From IMG/VR virus record IMGVR_UViG_3300036761_004198: DNA of 64,000 bases; one strand, 5' to 3'. The DNA is from an uncultured virus (IMG/VR IMGVR_UViG_3300036761_004198). Lineage: Duplodnaviria; Heunggongvirae; Uroviricota; Caudoviricetes. Positions 19,154 through 31,217 of the stretch are shown piece by piece (within the stretch, counting starts at the first letter, position 1; every line of letters starts with the position of its first letter). Below the pieces are notes generated by a model. The model was not told where the DNA came from, did no database searches, and worked only from the letters and a program-made list of their open reading frames with translations. Both the position numbers and the translations under genes were made by a program.

Positions 19154-19812
19154 ACAAGCCCGTGAACAAGAACACCGCCAAGCGCTTTGTCGGAGAAGTC
19201 GTCGAGCTGAGCCGCGACTGCGAGCTGGGCCAGGAAGGTGATCGCGCGGTCGTGACCGCGTTCGCGGGGCACTACATGACCCTCACCTTCCCTGATCGCG
19301 CGCCCGATTGCCGCGCCGTCCACACCGGAGCCGACTACAAGTACCTCCGCGCGTACGAGGGGCCTGTCGAATGGTCGGACGCTGATCTCGGACTCTCCGC
19401 CAAGAAGCCCGTGGATCGCGGCGCGGTCCTGCTGGAACTTCGCGCGCTCGTGGCCACCTACCTGGAGGGCAGCGACGACGCGCCGCGCGCGGCCAAGCTG
19501 CTCGACGCGCTCGAAGTCCCGGCGCCCGTTCTGGTGCCCACTCCGCAGTCCCCGCCCACCCCCGCGCAGGAGAGCCGCGAGCGCGCGATGTTCGGCTGCA
19601 CGGCGGCGGCGATCGACGAGGCCCTCACGCGCAAGCTGCCGCGCGACGTCGCGATGTACGCGATGAGCACGCTCTCGAACGCGCAGGAGCTGATCCAGCG
19701 CAACGAGTACGAGGGCAAGATCGAGTGGACGGTCGCCGACCGCCACGCGAACACCCTCCGCCAGTTCATCAACATCGCGAAGTACGCCATCGACAAGGCG
19801 GTGCCGCGGTGA
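19150..19812 (+). CDS. hypothetical protein
   Basis: MNKPVNK start; overlap chain. Confidence 0.65.
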   Translation: MNKPVNKNTAKRFVGEVVELSRDCELGQEGDRAVVTAFAGHYMTLTFPDRAPDCRAVHTGADYKYLRAYEGPVEWSDADLGLSAKKPVDRGAVLLELRALVATYLEGSDDAPRAAKLLDALEVPAPVLVPTPQSPPTPAQESRERAMFGCTAAAIDEALTRKLPRDVAMYAMSTLSNAQELIQRNEYEGKIEWTVADRHANTLRQFINIAKYAIDKAVPR

Positions 19813-20387
19813 GCGCCGACAACGTCACGAAGGCTCGCAACGGTGCCTGGACGCCGTGGGCTCGCGTGCTGTGCGTCGAGTGCGAGTACGCCGTGCTCAA
19901 GGACAACCCGCCACGCGGGCTGTCCTACGCCGCGCGCCTCAAGGCCGTGGCCGCGATGGCGCGCACGGCTAACGTCGCGCGCCCCGATGGAGACGGGCTC
20001 GCGTCGTGCGACGAGTGCCGCTGCAAGTGCTGGGTGCGTGACGATGTCGCCCTGTTGCAGCAGGTCGGTTTCAAGTCCTCCGAGCTGGACTGGGAAGGTC
20101 CCTTCGGATGGGAGTTGCGGCAGACCGGAGGCATGTGCTCCGCGCTCGTGTTCTCGACCGAAGGTCGCCAGATCGTCGTCACGGCGATGGACACCACCTT
20201 CTACGTCGGCGAGTACGCGCACACGGAAGACGAAGACGACACGTGGGATCGCCCGCTGCGCACGTGGGAGTCCGCGTCGCTCTATCTCGACGGCGAGATG
20301 AAAGACACGAGCGCGCTGGAGGTCATGGTCGACGAGTGCGCGCGCAAGGTGATCGCGTTCGTTCACAACAAGGCGGTGCCCCAATGA
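19809..20387 (+). CDS. hypothetical protein
   Basis: GTGA overlap; CxxC motifs. Confidence 0.6.
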   Translation: MSADNVTKARNGAWTPWARVLCVECEYAVLKDNPPRGLSYAARLKAVAAMARTANVARPDGDGLASCDECRCKCWVRDDVALLQQVGFKSSELDWEGPFGWELRQTGGMCSALVFSTEGRQIVVTAMDTTFYVGEYAHTEDEDDTWDRPLRTWESASLYLDGEMKDTSALEVMVDECARKVIAFVHNKAVPQ

Positions 20388-20746
20388 TCGTCGCGCGCGT
20401 CGTCAACAACAGTGGCCTCGCGTTCAACGTGCGCCTCGTGCGCGCGGGCGATCGCTACGGCCTCAACGACTGCCTCGTCCACGACAAGGACGAGCCGCTC
20501 GTCGAGTTCTGGGACGCCACCTACGAGCGCGATCCGCGCTTCACGCGCGGGCTCGGCCAGTTCGTGTCGCGCTACTGCCTCGGCACCCTCACTGGCAAGC
20601 CGGGCTGCTACGGACACGATCATCGGCGGGGGCCCCGTGGGATCGCCCTGTGCGGTCACGTGCCTGCGTGGACGGTGACCGGCGGCAACGTCGTCGATGC
20701 GATCAATGCCGTCGAGGCCGCGCTGCGCGCGGAGACCACCTCGTGA
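20384..20746 (+). CDS. hypothetical phage protein
   Basis: ATGA overlap; GDRYG...EPLVEFWD...GQFVSRY. Confidence 0.65.
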   Translation: MIVARVVNNSGLAFNVRLVRAGDRYGLNDCLVHDKDEPLVEFWDATYERDPRFTRGLGQFVSRYCLGTLTGKPGCYGHDHRRGPRGIALCGHVPAWTVTGGNVVDAINAVEAALRAETTS

Positions 20747-21119
20747 ATTCGTTCGATCTCGTCATCGCGCGTGCCCACGCCGCCGAGCGCAAGCTCGCCC
20801 AGATCGCGCGTCGTCGTCGCCCTACCCAAGCAGAGACTGCCGAGGCCCATGCGGCCTACGCAGCCGCTGCGCGAGCCGTCAAACAGCGCAAGGAAAGCCA
20901 ATGAAGTCCGTCACCCTCCCCGACATCCTGACCGAGGTCCAGATCGCGCGAGCCTTGCAGCTGTACAAGGCCCACGGCCTGGACGCCGTAGCGAAGATCC
21001 AGGCCGAGGTCATCGAGCCGAACATGGCGGCGATCAACGCGAAGCTCGGCCAGGAGAACAACGCGCGTTACGTCGCGTACGCGGTCGTGTACGTGTTCTC
21101 CGAGGCGGAGGAGTCCTAG

Positions 21120-21803
21120 ATGATGCCCGACGACGAATTCGAGCGCGCGCACCCGAGCTACGGGCTCGTGAGCATCTCGCGCATCACGGGCGGCTCTGGC
21201 GCGCGGCGGCTGTTCGGTTCACCGCTCGCCAACCACTACGGGACGATCCGCCTCTCGATCGGCACCGCGAAGTGGATCCACGGCCTGCACCACGATCGCT
21301 ACTACGGCAGTCTGCGGGGTGAGCACATCGAGGTCGAGATGTCTGCGGCCCAGTTCGCCGACATGATCACGAGCCTCAACATGGGCAGCGGCACGCCCTG
21401 CACGATCCGCTGTCTCGCGGGTGTTCAGATCCCGTCCCCTCCCGAGCACGCGACCGAGGCCGAGCACATCCGCGACAACTTCGAGGGCTCGCTCGACAAG
21501 TACAAGGCGAAGGCACGCACGTACCGCAAGAAGATCGAGGAGCTCACGACCAAGCTCTCGACGAAAGCCAAGGACGAGATCCGGATCGCGCTCGACGTCA
21601 TCGAAGATCAGCTCTCTTCCAACGTCCCGTTCGTGGTGAAGCAGTTCCAAGAAGCCACGACGCGAATCACGTCGGCAGCGAAGACCGAGGTCGACGCGTT
21701 CGTCACGGGCGTGGTGCGCGCGGCGGGCCTCGAAGCGATCGCAGGCGGCAAGCTGCCGTCACTCCTGACGGGCGGCGACGCGCCCAAGAACGACGAATCG
21801 TAA
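21120..21803 (+). CDS. hypothetical phage protein
   Basis: GGAGGAG RBS; HPSYG...LFGS...G.GTPCTI. Confidence 0.7.
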   Translation: MMPDDEFERAHPSYGLVSISRITGGSGARRLFGSPLANHYGTIRLSIGTAKWIHGLHHDRYYGSLRGEHIEVEMSAAQFADMITSLNMGSGTPCTIRCLAGVQIPSPPEHATEAEHIRDNFEGSLDKYKAKARTYRKKIEELTTKLSTKAKDEIRIALDVIEDQLSSNVPFVVKQFQEATTRITSAAKTEVDAFVTGVVRAAGLEAIAGGKLPSLLTGGDAPKNDES

Positions 21804-22269
21804 CCCTCGCCAAAAGGAGCTGCTGTCATGGGAGCAAGTTGGAGAGCGCACGCCGTCATCGGCTGCGAGGTCACAGGAAAGTTGATCCAAGACGTCAGTC
21901 GCCCCGGCTGCGCACACGTCACGCTGCCAAGCTCGGCGCCCTTCTGCGCCCAGTGTGGCAAGCGCGCGTCCGTGATCGAGAAGGAGCCGATCGCGGGATA
22001 CGACGGTGACAACGAAACGATCGGTACGTTCGCCGTTGTCGGTACGACCGACGAGAGCCGACAGTTCGTCGGCTACGCGATCAGTGCGAGCGACTACAAA
22101 GAGTCGGCGAGCATGCGCGCGATCCTCGACGTCGGAGCGATCAAGACCGCGCTACGCAGCACGCTGGAACCAATGGGGCTCTGGGCCGAAGAGTCCTTCG
22201 GCCTGTGGTCGGTCCTCCACTGCTCCTACTGAGCGAAAAGCCGTGAACGCTCCATGTCGCAATAGCTCC

Positions 22270-22390
22270 GGGTATCTGGCTACCCGTGTCTCGAGTGCCT
22301 CCCCCTGTGGGAGCGCGAAGACTGGGTGCGTCGATACCCACGGTTTGCAATCGCGTGCTTGCGAGCCGTCACCGCCGGCACGCGGGGTGC
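22270..22390 (+). promoter_or_regulatory. sigma54-like promoter with paired GGGT-N8-ACCC boxes
   Basis: Boxes 22270-22285 and 22324-22339; CGGCACG-cggg-GTGC 14 nt before ATG 22405. Confidence 0.75.
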
Positions 22391-23166
22391 TCTACGAAGA
22401 GACCATGCACGGTGCAGCGCAAACGCTCGAACTCCTCCAGCTTCTCGGCAAGGCGTGGACGACCACGCTGACCTGCCTCACGTGCGATCAATGGCAGCTC
22501 CGCATCCAGAGCGGCCCGAGCTGGAACGAAAGCTTCGCGTACACGTACCGCGGCTCGCTCACGAGCGTGGTCGCGCGCGCCTACGAGGGCGTGCCGGATG
22601 ACGGCGATGACGGCGAGGCGGTGTCCGCGTGAAGACCCGGCACACCGCGCCCGGTCGTCGCCCCGTCGAGTTGGAAGGCCGGCATCTCTGGGAGGTCACG
22701 GCCACGTCGGACGGCCAGACCGCGACCGCAGTCGTCGCCGCTGACGACGAGTGGAAGGCGCGCACGTGTCTCATGCTCGTTCAGACGACGATGCGCCTGC
22801 GCGGTCAGCTCGTGGAGTATCAGGTCCGCCAGCTTGCCGCGGAGAGCACGTCGTGACGTTCAAGATCCAGATCGGCAAGTTCGGCGACGACGACACGGCC
22901 GAGATCAAGGTCGACGGTCGCGTGGTCGGCTGGCTGGAGCGTGTGCACGGCGAGCGTTTCGCGTCCGCCACGAGCCGCGCGCGCGTCTCGTTCGTCTCGC
23001 ACTACTCGATCGTGCTGACGGACGACTTCGCCGACAATCATCTCCAGAAACACGACGTTGACTCACGCGCGGACGCCAAGCTCGAAGTCGAGCGCACGTT
23101 CGATCGCGCGTGGCAGAAGCTCACAAGCAGCGCGCCAAGCGCGCACGCACCCAAGGATCAAGCGCC

Positions 23167-24000
23167 ATGAAGACCATGAACACCATGAACAAGCGCGCAG
23201 ACAGCGCTCCCCGGCAAGAAGTGAAGGGGTACAACCCCGACGACGTCATCGTCATCGGCATCGACACCGATGACGGACCCTCGCACTGGGGCTACGACGA
23301 GGAGAGCAACAAGAATCCGCTGCTCGAAGCGGACGTCCTGTTCACCTACGAGCACGGTGTCATCCAGAACGTGCTCGGTCGGCGCGACGGCAAGAAGATC
23401 GTGATCGTCGCGGGCCGCGGGCGCACCCGCCAGCTCCGCGAGGCCAACAAGCGCCGCAAGGCCGACGGACTGCCGCCGTGGTTCCTGCCGGTGAAGATCG
23501 TCATGGGCGACTCGCGCAAGATGCTCGTGCTCAAGCACGGCGAGAACTCGCACCGCCGCGAGCAGAGCCCGTTCGTGCGTGCGCAGCAGGCGTACGAGCT
23601 GTCGCAGCAGTTCCCCGCCGATCAGGCCGCCACGATCATGGGTCTGGGGCTCCCGCAGTTCAAGGCCGTCCTCAAGCTGCTCGAAGTCGGGCCGGCCGTG
23701 AAGAAGGCCGTCATGGAGGGCAGCCTGAAGCCGACCGCGGCGATCGAGCTGGCCTCGCTGTCGGAGGTCGATCAGGCGACGCAGCTCGCGTCGATCATGT
23801 CCACCGCCGCGGTGAACGGCAGCAAGCCGACGACCCGCGACGTGAAGGCCAAGGTCCGCGAGGCGAACGGCAAGGTGCCGCTCGAAACCCCGGCCACCCG
23901 GATCAAGAAGGTGGTCGGGATCCTCGACAAGCTCGAAGACGGCTCCACCAAGGATGACCTCTGGGGCGCGATCAAGAAGATCCGGCAAGCACTGAAGTAG
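23167..24000 (+). CDS. ParB-like protein
   Basis: GVIQNV...IVAGRGRTR...ENSHRRE..P and following HTH-like region. Confidence 0.75.
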   Translation: MKTMNTMNKRADSAPRQEVKGYNPDDVIVIGIDTDDGPSHWGYDEESNKNPLLEADVLFTYEHGVIQNVLGRRDGKKIVIVAGRGRTRQLREANKRRKADGLPPWFLPVKIVMGDSRKMLVLKHGENSHRREQSPFVRAQQAYELSQQFPADQAATIMGLGLPQFKAVLKLLEVGPAVKKAVMEGSLKPTAAIELASLSEVDQATQLASIMSTAAVNGSKPTTRDVKAKVREANGKVPLETPATRIKKVVGILDKLEDGSTKDDLWGAIKKIRQALK

Positions 24001-26921
24001 TCACAACGCACAACGGACGAAAGACCATGCACGAGATCCACCACGCCACCGAAACGCTCCTCCAGACCGCGCGCGAGTACGGCAGCAGCAACGCGCTCCC
24101 CGGCGACGTCGTCGCCGCCGCGTACCGCCTTGCGGCCACGAAGCTCCGCGAGCATGGCATGAACGACACCGCCAAGGACCTGGAGCGCGCGGCTGTGCAA
24201 GCGGAGAAGCCCTCGTGACCGCGACTTCGTATCCCGCGCAGATCGTCTTCACCGAGGTTGACCGCGTACTCGGTCCACGGACGTGGACCGGACGACTCCT
24301 GCGCCGATCGGCGTGCGTCGACGTCGCCGGGTACAAGGGTCGCGTTCGCGCGGTCACCTGGACCCCGCACTTCGACATCGTCGAAGATCCCGGGACCGGC
24401 CGGTGCACCGTCACCCTGAACGGTGGACCCACGCGGCACAGCCGCCGCTACGCGAACTACCACGACGTCACCGCGGCGCAGGAGGCCGGCATCCGCTGGG
24501 CCGGGCGCCGCTTCCGCATCCCCGCGGAGATCACGCCGTGATCCGCGACCACTTCAACGCTGACAGCTCGCTCGCGTTCCTCACGCGCCAGAGCACTCCC
24601 AGTGCTTCGGACGGCACGCTGACGGCATGGGCGCTCCTCGCGCTCGTGCTGGTCGTTGTAGCGCTCCTGATCGGAGCACACTGACGTGACCAAGGACAAG
24701 TACATCGATCTCATCGGCCAGACGGACGTGCGTGTGCGCGTCGAGCGCGTCGACGGCAACTGGTCGCGGCACGGGGTCGAAGTCTGGTGGGATCGCGAGC
24801 TGATCGCCTTCATGGCGCCCGCCGGGCCGTCCGTGAAGACGATCAACGAGGCCGAGGCCAAAGTCCTGACCGCGATCCGCGCCGTCGACATCGACCCCGG
24901 CAACGCGAGGGGCGAGGTGGCCATGTTCCACGGCACGTTCGTCAAGGTCGATGTCTGGTGCCCGGTCGGCACCGCAAAGCGGCTCGGGATCAAGGGGTAC
25001 GGGAAGTGAAGCTCACGGCCGATACGATCACGGACGCGCAGATCCTCGCGCTGTTTCACGCGGACGAGATCGCCGCGATCGAGCTGACTGTGGCTACGCT
25101 GCCCGGCTGGAGTGCGGACGATCGCCAAGAGGCGCGCGCTCGCTGCGCCGAAATCTTCAACGCGACGGCCCCGGAGCGCTGTCGGGCGCGACGCCACGAC
25201 AAACACATCGGTGATGCCTGCACCGGGACCTGCTGCGCCAACTGCGGCGGTCCGATCGACGAAAACGAGGAGTGCCGATGCTGACCCGCGATGACATGAC
25301 CCTCGACGAAGCCCGCGAGACCCTCGGCCGATTCGTGTCTCAGATCGACGAGACCTCGGACAGTCACCGGCGCCTCGCCGCTGCCCTCGTGCTCGATGAA
25401 GCCAAGCGCCTGCGTCAGCTCCTGCGCGACCTCGTCGATTTCGACATGGGCCTGCCGCCAGAACTCGACCAGCTCGACGCAGAGTACGGATCACGCCAGC
25501 TCGTACGCATGGAGCGCGTGTGGGAGGCCGCGATCGCCGAGGTCGGCCCGCGTGACCAGCCCCGCTTCCTGGAAGACGTGCCGTGAAGACGCTGCCTGAC
25601 ATCCTCCGTGACGCGATGCTCCTACTCGGCGATGGTCGCGAAAACGTCGTGATCGCGCGCGGTCACGCACACGAACCGCTCGATGGCCGCAGCAGCGCGT
25701 TCCAGATACGGCTCTTGGCGTCGACGTCGTTCGGCCTGATCAAGTATAGGTGCGAGTCACGTTCGTGGCTCGGCGAGCAATGGTCGAACTGGCGTGTTCA
25801 CCACGGGTGGCTCGGCGGCGCCAGCTTCGACCTCGATGACGTGCTCGCGACCGGCTGGAGGATCGCATCGTGAAGCTCGACCTGATCCGACTCGGCGAGC
25901 AGCTCGCCGCAGAGAATGACGCTGCACATGACCTGTGGTCGTGGCTGCCCTCCCACGCGATCGCCGTGAAGCACCACGGCGACTACGCCTCGGAACACTG
26001 CCCGAGCAACCAGGACGTCATGAAGGAAGCAGCGATGTATCTGGGCCACCTGAAGCACCCCGAGGCCGCGCTGACGCCCGAGGAGCAAGAGTGGTTCGCG
26101 AGCTGTCCATGCGGCGAGGACCACGACGAAGGAGGCGTGCCATGACCCGATCAGAGCCCCACCCGCACCAGCTCACCCCCGAGGAGCGCGCAGCAGACGC
26201 TCCTCGTAAGCACCTGAACCAAGCCAAGGCCGCCGCACACGAAGCCTACCTCGCCGCGAATCGCGCGGTCCATCTACTCGACGAGACCGTGGACGAAGCG
26301 TTGATCACTCTCGCCCACGCATCTCGTGAGTGCGCTTGGGCACTCTACACGGCGCTCATGGCCGAGACGGAGTGGTAGCCATGCACTGCATCGACGACAA
26401 ACCGAACGGGATCATCCTCAACCACGACGGCGACTGGAGCGGCGACGTGCGCATCGCCTGGTACATCGCGGGCGAGCGCCGCGACCCTGGACCGACACCG
26501 CCGTCGTTGCGCGAATGCTGGTGCAGCGGTCGCGATCTCGTCGCCGGTCTCTTCACGCCCGTGACGAACGCCAGCGAGCCGGAGCCCGGTGCCGTCGTCG
26601 TTCCCGAGCCACCAGTCAACGTCCTCACGCGCGCGGTCGCGCTCGCCGTCGAGGGCTGCCTGCGCTTCCAGCTCGGCCGTGCCTACGATGATCTCTTCAT
26701 CCGGCGGGGCAAGCTGTGACGACCTGTCGATGCGGATGGAACGGTACGGGTGATCACCTCTGCCATCGCTGCGTCAAAGCCCCTGGGCAGCGACGGCTGT
26801 ACGTGCCCACGTTCAAGTTCTCTCTCGCCGGCGTGCAGCCGAAGTTCAGCGTGGCCGATACCTGGGGGTGCGACGGCTGCTGGGCAGGCTTTCAGAAACT
26901 CCTGGAGGAGAACCCGAACCG

Positions 26922-27233
26922 ATGACCGATCCAATGATCAAGGACTCCGCGACCGCTGGGCTCGTCACGTGCGGCTACTGCGATCAAGGCTTCCGCCGCG
27001 TGGACGGGATCCACATCGGCAGCCAGCGCCTCGGGATGATCCCCAACGCGCCGTGCGATCGCGTCTTTGCATCCCACGGTGGCAACATGACGGACGACAA
27101 CAAACGCCCGTGGATGGCGTACGTCGACGGCGATCCGATCCGCAAGCAGCGCGGCGACGCGCGGCGCTTCTCCTCGGCGAAGGCGGCCTACGCTGCCGCG
27201 CGCAAGGCGTCACCCCAGAGGTGGCACCCGTGA
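26922..27233 (+). CDS. hypothetical protein (paralog of next gene)
   Basis: PCDRVFA...W.AYVDG...RFSS...RWHP. Confidence 0.65.
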   Translation: MTDPMIKDSATAGLVTCGYCDQGFRRVDGIHIGSQRLGMIPNAPCDRVFASHGGNMTDDNKRPWMAYVDGDPIRKQRGDARRFSSAKAAYAAARKASPQRWHP

Positions 27234-27688
27234 GCCATCTCAAGCGCTTCGCCATGTTTTCCGGTGCCCAGTTCTACCCGAGCGGCGGATGGAACGACTA
27301 CCAGGGCAGCTACGCGACGCTCGACGAGGCTGTGGAAGCTCCGACCTCCGGCGACTGGCGTCACATCGTCGATCTGACGACCGGCCAGATCTTCAAGATC
27401 CCCGTCCACGACGCCGAGTCTGCGAAGGCTGTCCAGTGCGACATGTGCCGGTGCGAGGCGCCGCGCATCGAGGGCGGTGTCCACATCGACAGCGATCGGC
27501 TTGGGCTGTCGGCCGACACTCCCTGCGATCGAGTGTTCGCCATGCGCGACGGAGCCGGCTGGCTGGCCTACGTCGACGGAGCGCCGCTGCTGCTGCACGA
27601 GCAGCGCGGTGAGGTCCTGCGTTTCTCCTCGGTCACGGCGGCCTACCACGCGGCTTGCGAGGCAGCGCCCAAGCGGTGGCACCCGTGA
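27230..27688 (+). CDS. hypothetical two-module protein
   Basis: N-module FYPSGGWND; C-module paralogous to 26922..27233. Confidence 0.65.
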   Translation: MSHLKRFAMFSGAQFYPSGGWNDYQGSYATLDEAVEAPTSGDWRHIVDLTTGQIFKIPVHDAESAKAVQCDMCRCEAPRIEGGVHIDSDRLGLSADTPCDRVFAMRDGAGWLAYVDGAPLLLHEQRGEVLRFSSVTAAYHAACEAAPKRWHP

Positions 27689-28120
27689 CCGCGCTCGTGG
27701 CTGCGATCGAGCAGCGCGTGATGGATCGTCTGCTCGTCAAGCTTCAGGCGATCCGCACCGAGCTGGGTGACCTCAAGAAGAGCTACGCCAACAGCGTCAG
27801 CCTGCGCTGCCAGGGCTTGAACGACCAGTGCGATCTCTTGGAGGAGATCTTGGGCGTTCCGCGATCGTTTCCGCGCGCAACGCAGGCGGACCGATGATCC
27901 AGCGTCGCATCGTTGATTTCGATCGTGGAGTCGTCATCATGGACGAGGACGAATATCTGCGGACGATACTGCGCTCTCTGCGCGAGCTCATCCGCCGTCG
28001 CCGAAGACAACGGCCACGCCGACGATCCTGTCGTCACGCGAGCGAAGGCCGAGAGGTCTCGCGTCCGCTCTCGGAACAGCAAACAGATCTCTTGCAACAG
28101 ATCATGGGACGTAAGCAGAC

Positions 28121-28873
28121 ATGACCGGCGACGACCTCAAGCGCATGCAGGATCACTTCCTCGAAGGTGCGAAGAAGATCCTCCTCGAATCGGGACGGCT
28201 ACGTCCCATCGGCTTCGTCATCACGTTGCACAAGCACCTCGACAAGCTCTTCGAGAGCGGCTGGGGTCTTGAGATCATCGATCCCAAGACCTGTGTGATC
28301 GACAACAGCTCCGACGACAAGGTCGCCACGCTCATCCTCGATCTAGCGATGGACTGGAAACGGCTCTATCACGCCGTGGTGAACGTGTACCCCAAGGCCC
28401 GTGACGTTCTGCCGGCCATGATCCAGCTCGCCGAGACCTTCGGCGTCGATGATCCGTACAAGCGGACGATGCGCCCGTTTCTCTCCGCCACGCAGCTTGA
28501 CGAGAAGGACGTCATCGCTGCCACGATGCGCAAGATCTGCGGAGAGGCCCACGCGTTCGCCAGCATCATGCAGTCGGAAGCGTGGCTGCGCATCGTCGAT
28601 CCCTCCGAGGATGTCGATCAGATCCCGGACAGCCTGGGGGACGACAAGAAGTCCATCGAGGTCGTCATCAGCTCGATGGAGACCTACGACTTCGCGCGCC
28701 TGATCACAGTCCCCATCCAACGCGCGACGGCACAGACCTCGAAGAAGAAGCGCGACTCGGGCAAGGTCACCGGCTTCGGAGAGCCCACCGAGTGTCTCGA
28801 CACCCCGAGCGACACGAACGTGCTGGAGGGTCGCCTCGTGCGCTTTCTCAAACCGCTGGAGACCACGCCATGA
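28121..28873 (+). CDS. hypothetical protein
   Basis: Long ORF, strong GC3 bias, ATGA overlaps. Confidence 0.7.
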   Translation: MTGDDLKRMQDHFLEGAKKILLESGRLRPIGFVITLHKHLDKLFESGWGLEIIDPKTCVIDNSSDDKVATLILDLAMDWKRLYHAVVNVYPKARDVLPAMIQLAETFGVDDPYKRTMRPFLSATQLDEKDVIAATMRKICGEAHAFASIMQSEAWLRIVDPSEDVDQIPDSLGDDKKSIEVVISSMETYDFARLITVPIQRATAQTSKKKRDSGKVTGFGEPTECLDTPSDTNVLEGRLVRFLKPLETTP

Positions 28874-29779
28874 CCCGCATCTTCACGCTCGAGTACGAAC
28901 ACACGTGGCCAACAGAGTGCTGGTCCAATGATCTTCCCCTCGCGCCCGGTGTCCATCGGGAGATCTGGGGGGCCGACGCCGGCAAGCCCACGGGCCAACG
29001 GTTCCTGCGTGACGTGCCGGATGTGAAGGATCACGAGCACGCCTGGGCGATCGTACGCGCAGACGCTCGACCTGGTTTCGGAAGCATCCTGCACTCGGTA
29101 ACGCCACGGCCGGCCGAGTACGTCAGCCAAGGATTCCGCAAGAAAGTATCGCCGTGACGGCCGACGAGTACCAACGCCTCTGCGCCCGCCTGGCACGCAA
29201 GGCGATCCACTTCGCCACGAAGATGATCGCCGACGAGGAGCCCGGCGATGGTGACGCGCAGCGCGAGCACTGGATCAACGTGTTCATGGACGAGCATCTG
29301 CCCGACATCGACGCCGGCGCGTTGCTCGAAGTAACGCCCCGCGCGGATGCCTGGGACAAGTCAGGTGGTCACAGATACGCGGGCAAGGAGGTCCGCGCGA
29401 TCGCCGCGTTTCAGGCGGACGTGTGGGACGCGATCAATCGCGAGGTGCCGCCGTGATCCAGAAGCGCGTAGAGGAGCGGCCATTCGCGATGCGCGATCGC
29501 ACACGCGCCATGGGTAAGAGCTCGGTGATGGCCGAGTGCCCGTTCTGCGGCGCGTCCGTGGTGATCTTTTTGTGGTCGATCGCCGGCAACGGCAAGAAGC
29601 TCTGCGCGTGTGGTGCCGCGCTGCACTCCGATCGGATCGCACGCAAGCTCATCGAGCTGCCCGATCCGCTACGCGACAACCAAGGCGGCCAGCGGTGAGG
29701 CCCTTTCGGCTGTGCTGGCGGATCCAGGTTGAGGGAGCGCGGCGCGGAGTTTCGATGATCGCGCCACGCCACACGCACC

Positions 29780-29902
29780 GGGTACGCCGCTACCCGTGTC
29801 TTGAGCACCACGAGCTGGGGCATGGCAAATACTGGGTGCGCTGCTACCCACGCGTGCACGAACGGCTACTTGCGGACCGCTGCCGGTCGGCACGCCAGCT
29901 GC
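29780..29902 (+). promoter_or_regulatory. sigma54-like promoter with paired GGGT-N8-ACCC boxes
   Basis: Boxes 29780-29795 and 29834-29849; CGGCACG-ccag-CTGC 14 nt before ATG 29917. Confidence 0.75.
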
Positions 29903-29916
29903 TCTATCTAGCTGCG

Positions 29917-30600
29917 ATGAGCAAGTCCAGCAAACGCGCCAAGCGGTCTCGCGGAACCATCGATCGTTCGGCCACCACCGATGTCGTGACCCAGCTCGAA
30001 TGCGCGGTGCGCAATCCGCACGCGGCGCTGATCGGCGCCGTGATCGGCGGCCTGGTCCCCTGGTTCGGGCGGACGCTCGCCCATGAGGAAATCCCGAGCG
30101 TCTGGTCTGCCGGCAACCACGGGCTCGCGATGGCGATGATCGCGGTCGTGCTCGGCTGCGCGTGCTTCTCCGCGATTTCCGTCTACAAGTTCGGCAAGGC
30201 TGCATTCGGCGACTCGCGCAAGGCGCTTGGTTTCGTGCTCGCCCTGGAGGGCGTAATGCTCGTGTCCCACGGGGCCACGAGCAACGCCGCACTCGCCGTT
30301 CTGATCCTGATCAACGCCGTCGCGAACGGATCAGTGATCGCGCTCTCGCGCGACGCCACCCGTCGTCGTTGCGAGGCGGATGCCCGCCGCGCGGCGACCC
30401 GCACGCGCAACCGCACCGAGCACGCGCCGTCCGCGCCTTCCCCGCGCCGTGTCCCGACCCCAACGCCGATCGCCACGGCTCCTGTGGCCGCGCGCCCTGC
30501 CCGTGCTCCTGGCAACGCGCTCGTCGCTCCCATGCGGCGCCGCCCGCACCTCGACGACGTGATTGACGCCGAGATCGTCTCCGAGGAGACCTACTCGTGA
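29917..30600 (+). CDS. hypothetical multi-pass membrane protein
   Basis: About four hydrophobic segments, Pro-rich tail. Confidence 0.65.
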   Translation: MSKSSKRAKRSRGTIDRSATTDVVTQLECAVRNPHAALIGAVIGGLVPWFGRTLAHEEIPSVWSAGNHGLAMAMIAVVLGCACFSAISVYKFGKAAFGDSRKALGFVLALEGVMLVSHGATSNAALAVLILINAVANGSVIALSRDATRRRCEADARRAATRTRNRTEHAPSAPSPRRVPTPTPIATAPVAARPARAPGNALVAPMRRRPHLDDVIDAEIVSEETYS

Positions 30601-31217
30601 AGAAGTCGATCAACCAGACGGCTCAGGAAGACGGCGACAGCTCGGCGAACGAGGCTGCCCGGATCCACGAGCGTGAGGCCGCCGTTGCGCGGGCGTGGCG
30701 AACCGTCGCGTACCACGAGGGCGAGGCCGCCTGCACCGCCGACCGGATCGCGACGATCGCCGAGCTGCCGATCGCCTACGTCCAAGACATCTGCGCCCGG
30801 AAGGGACTCGATCTCCAGTGAACACCCGATCCGCCCACCCGGAGCACTTCTTCGCCGCGGTCGAGCACGCGCTCTCGCTGCTCGCGGCAAGCGCCTCGCC
30901 GGCCCTGATCGGCGTGATGGCCCGCGGCGCGGCCCGCCGCGGCCTCACGGATGCGGCTGCTGGTTACGACCACGCGCGGCTGATGACGCTGGGGATGGAA
31001 TCGTGATGGGAGCGTCAGATCTGGTGCCGATCGAGCGTCATGGAGACGAGACCATGCAACCGATCGATCCTCACGTGCTCGTACACTTCGTCGCCGCCTG
31101 CCAGGTCGCGGGTGTCACCGTGACGGGGCTCGACTCGTCGGACCTCCGCGCACTGATCCAACGGCTATCGCGACTGTCGATCCCGGACGCGGTCAAGTCC
31201 TTGAGCAAGGAGGCCCC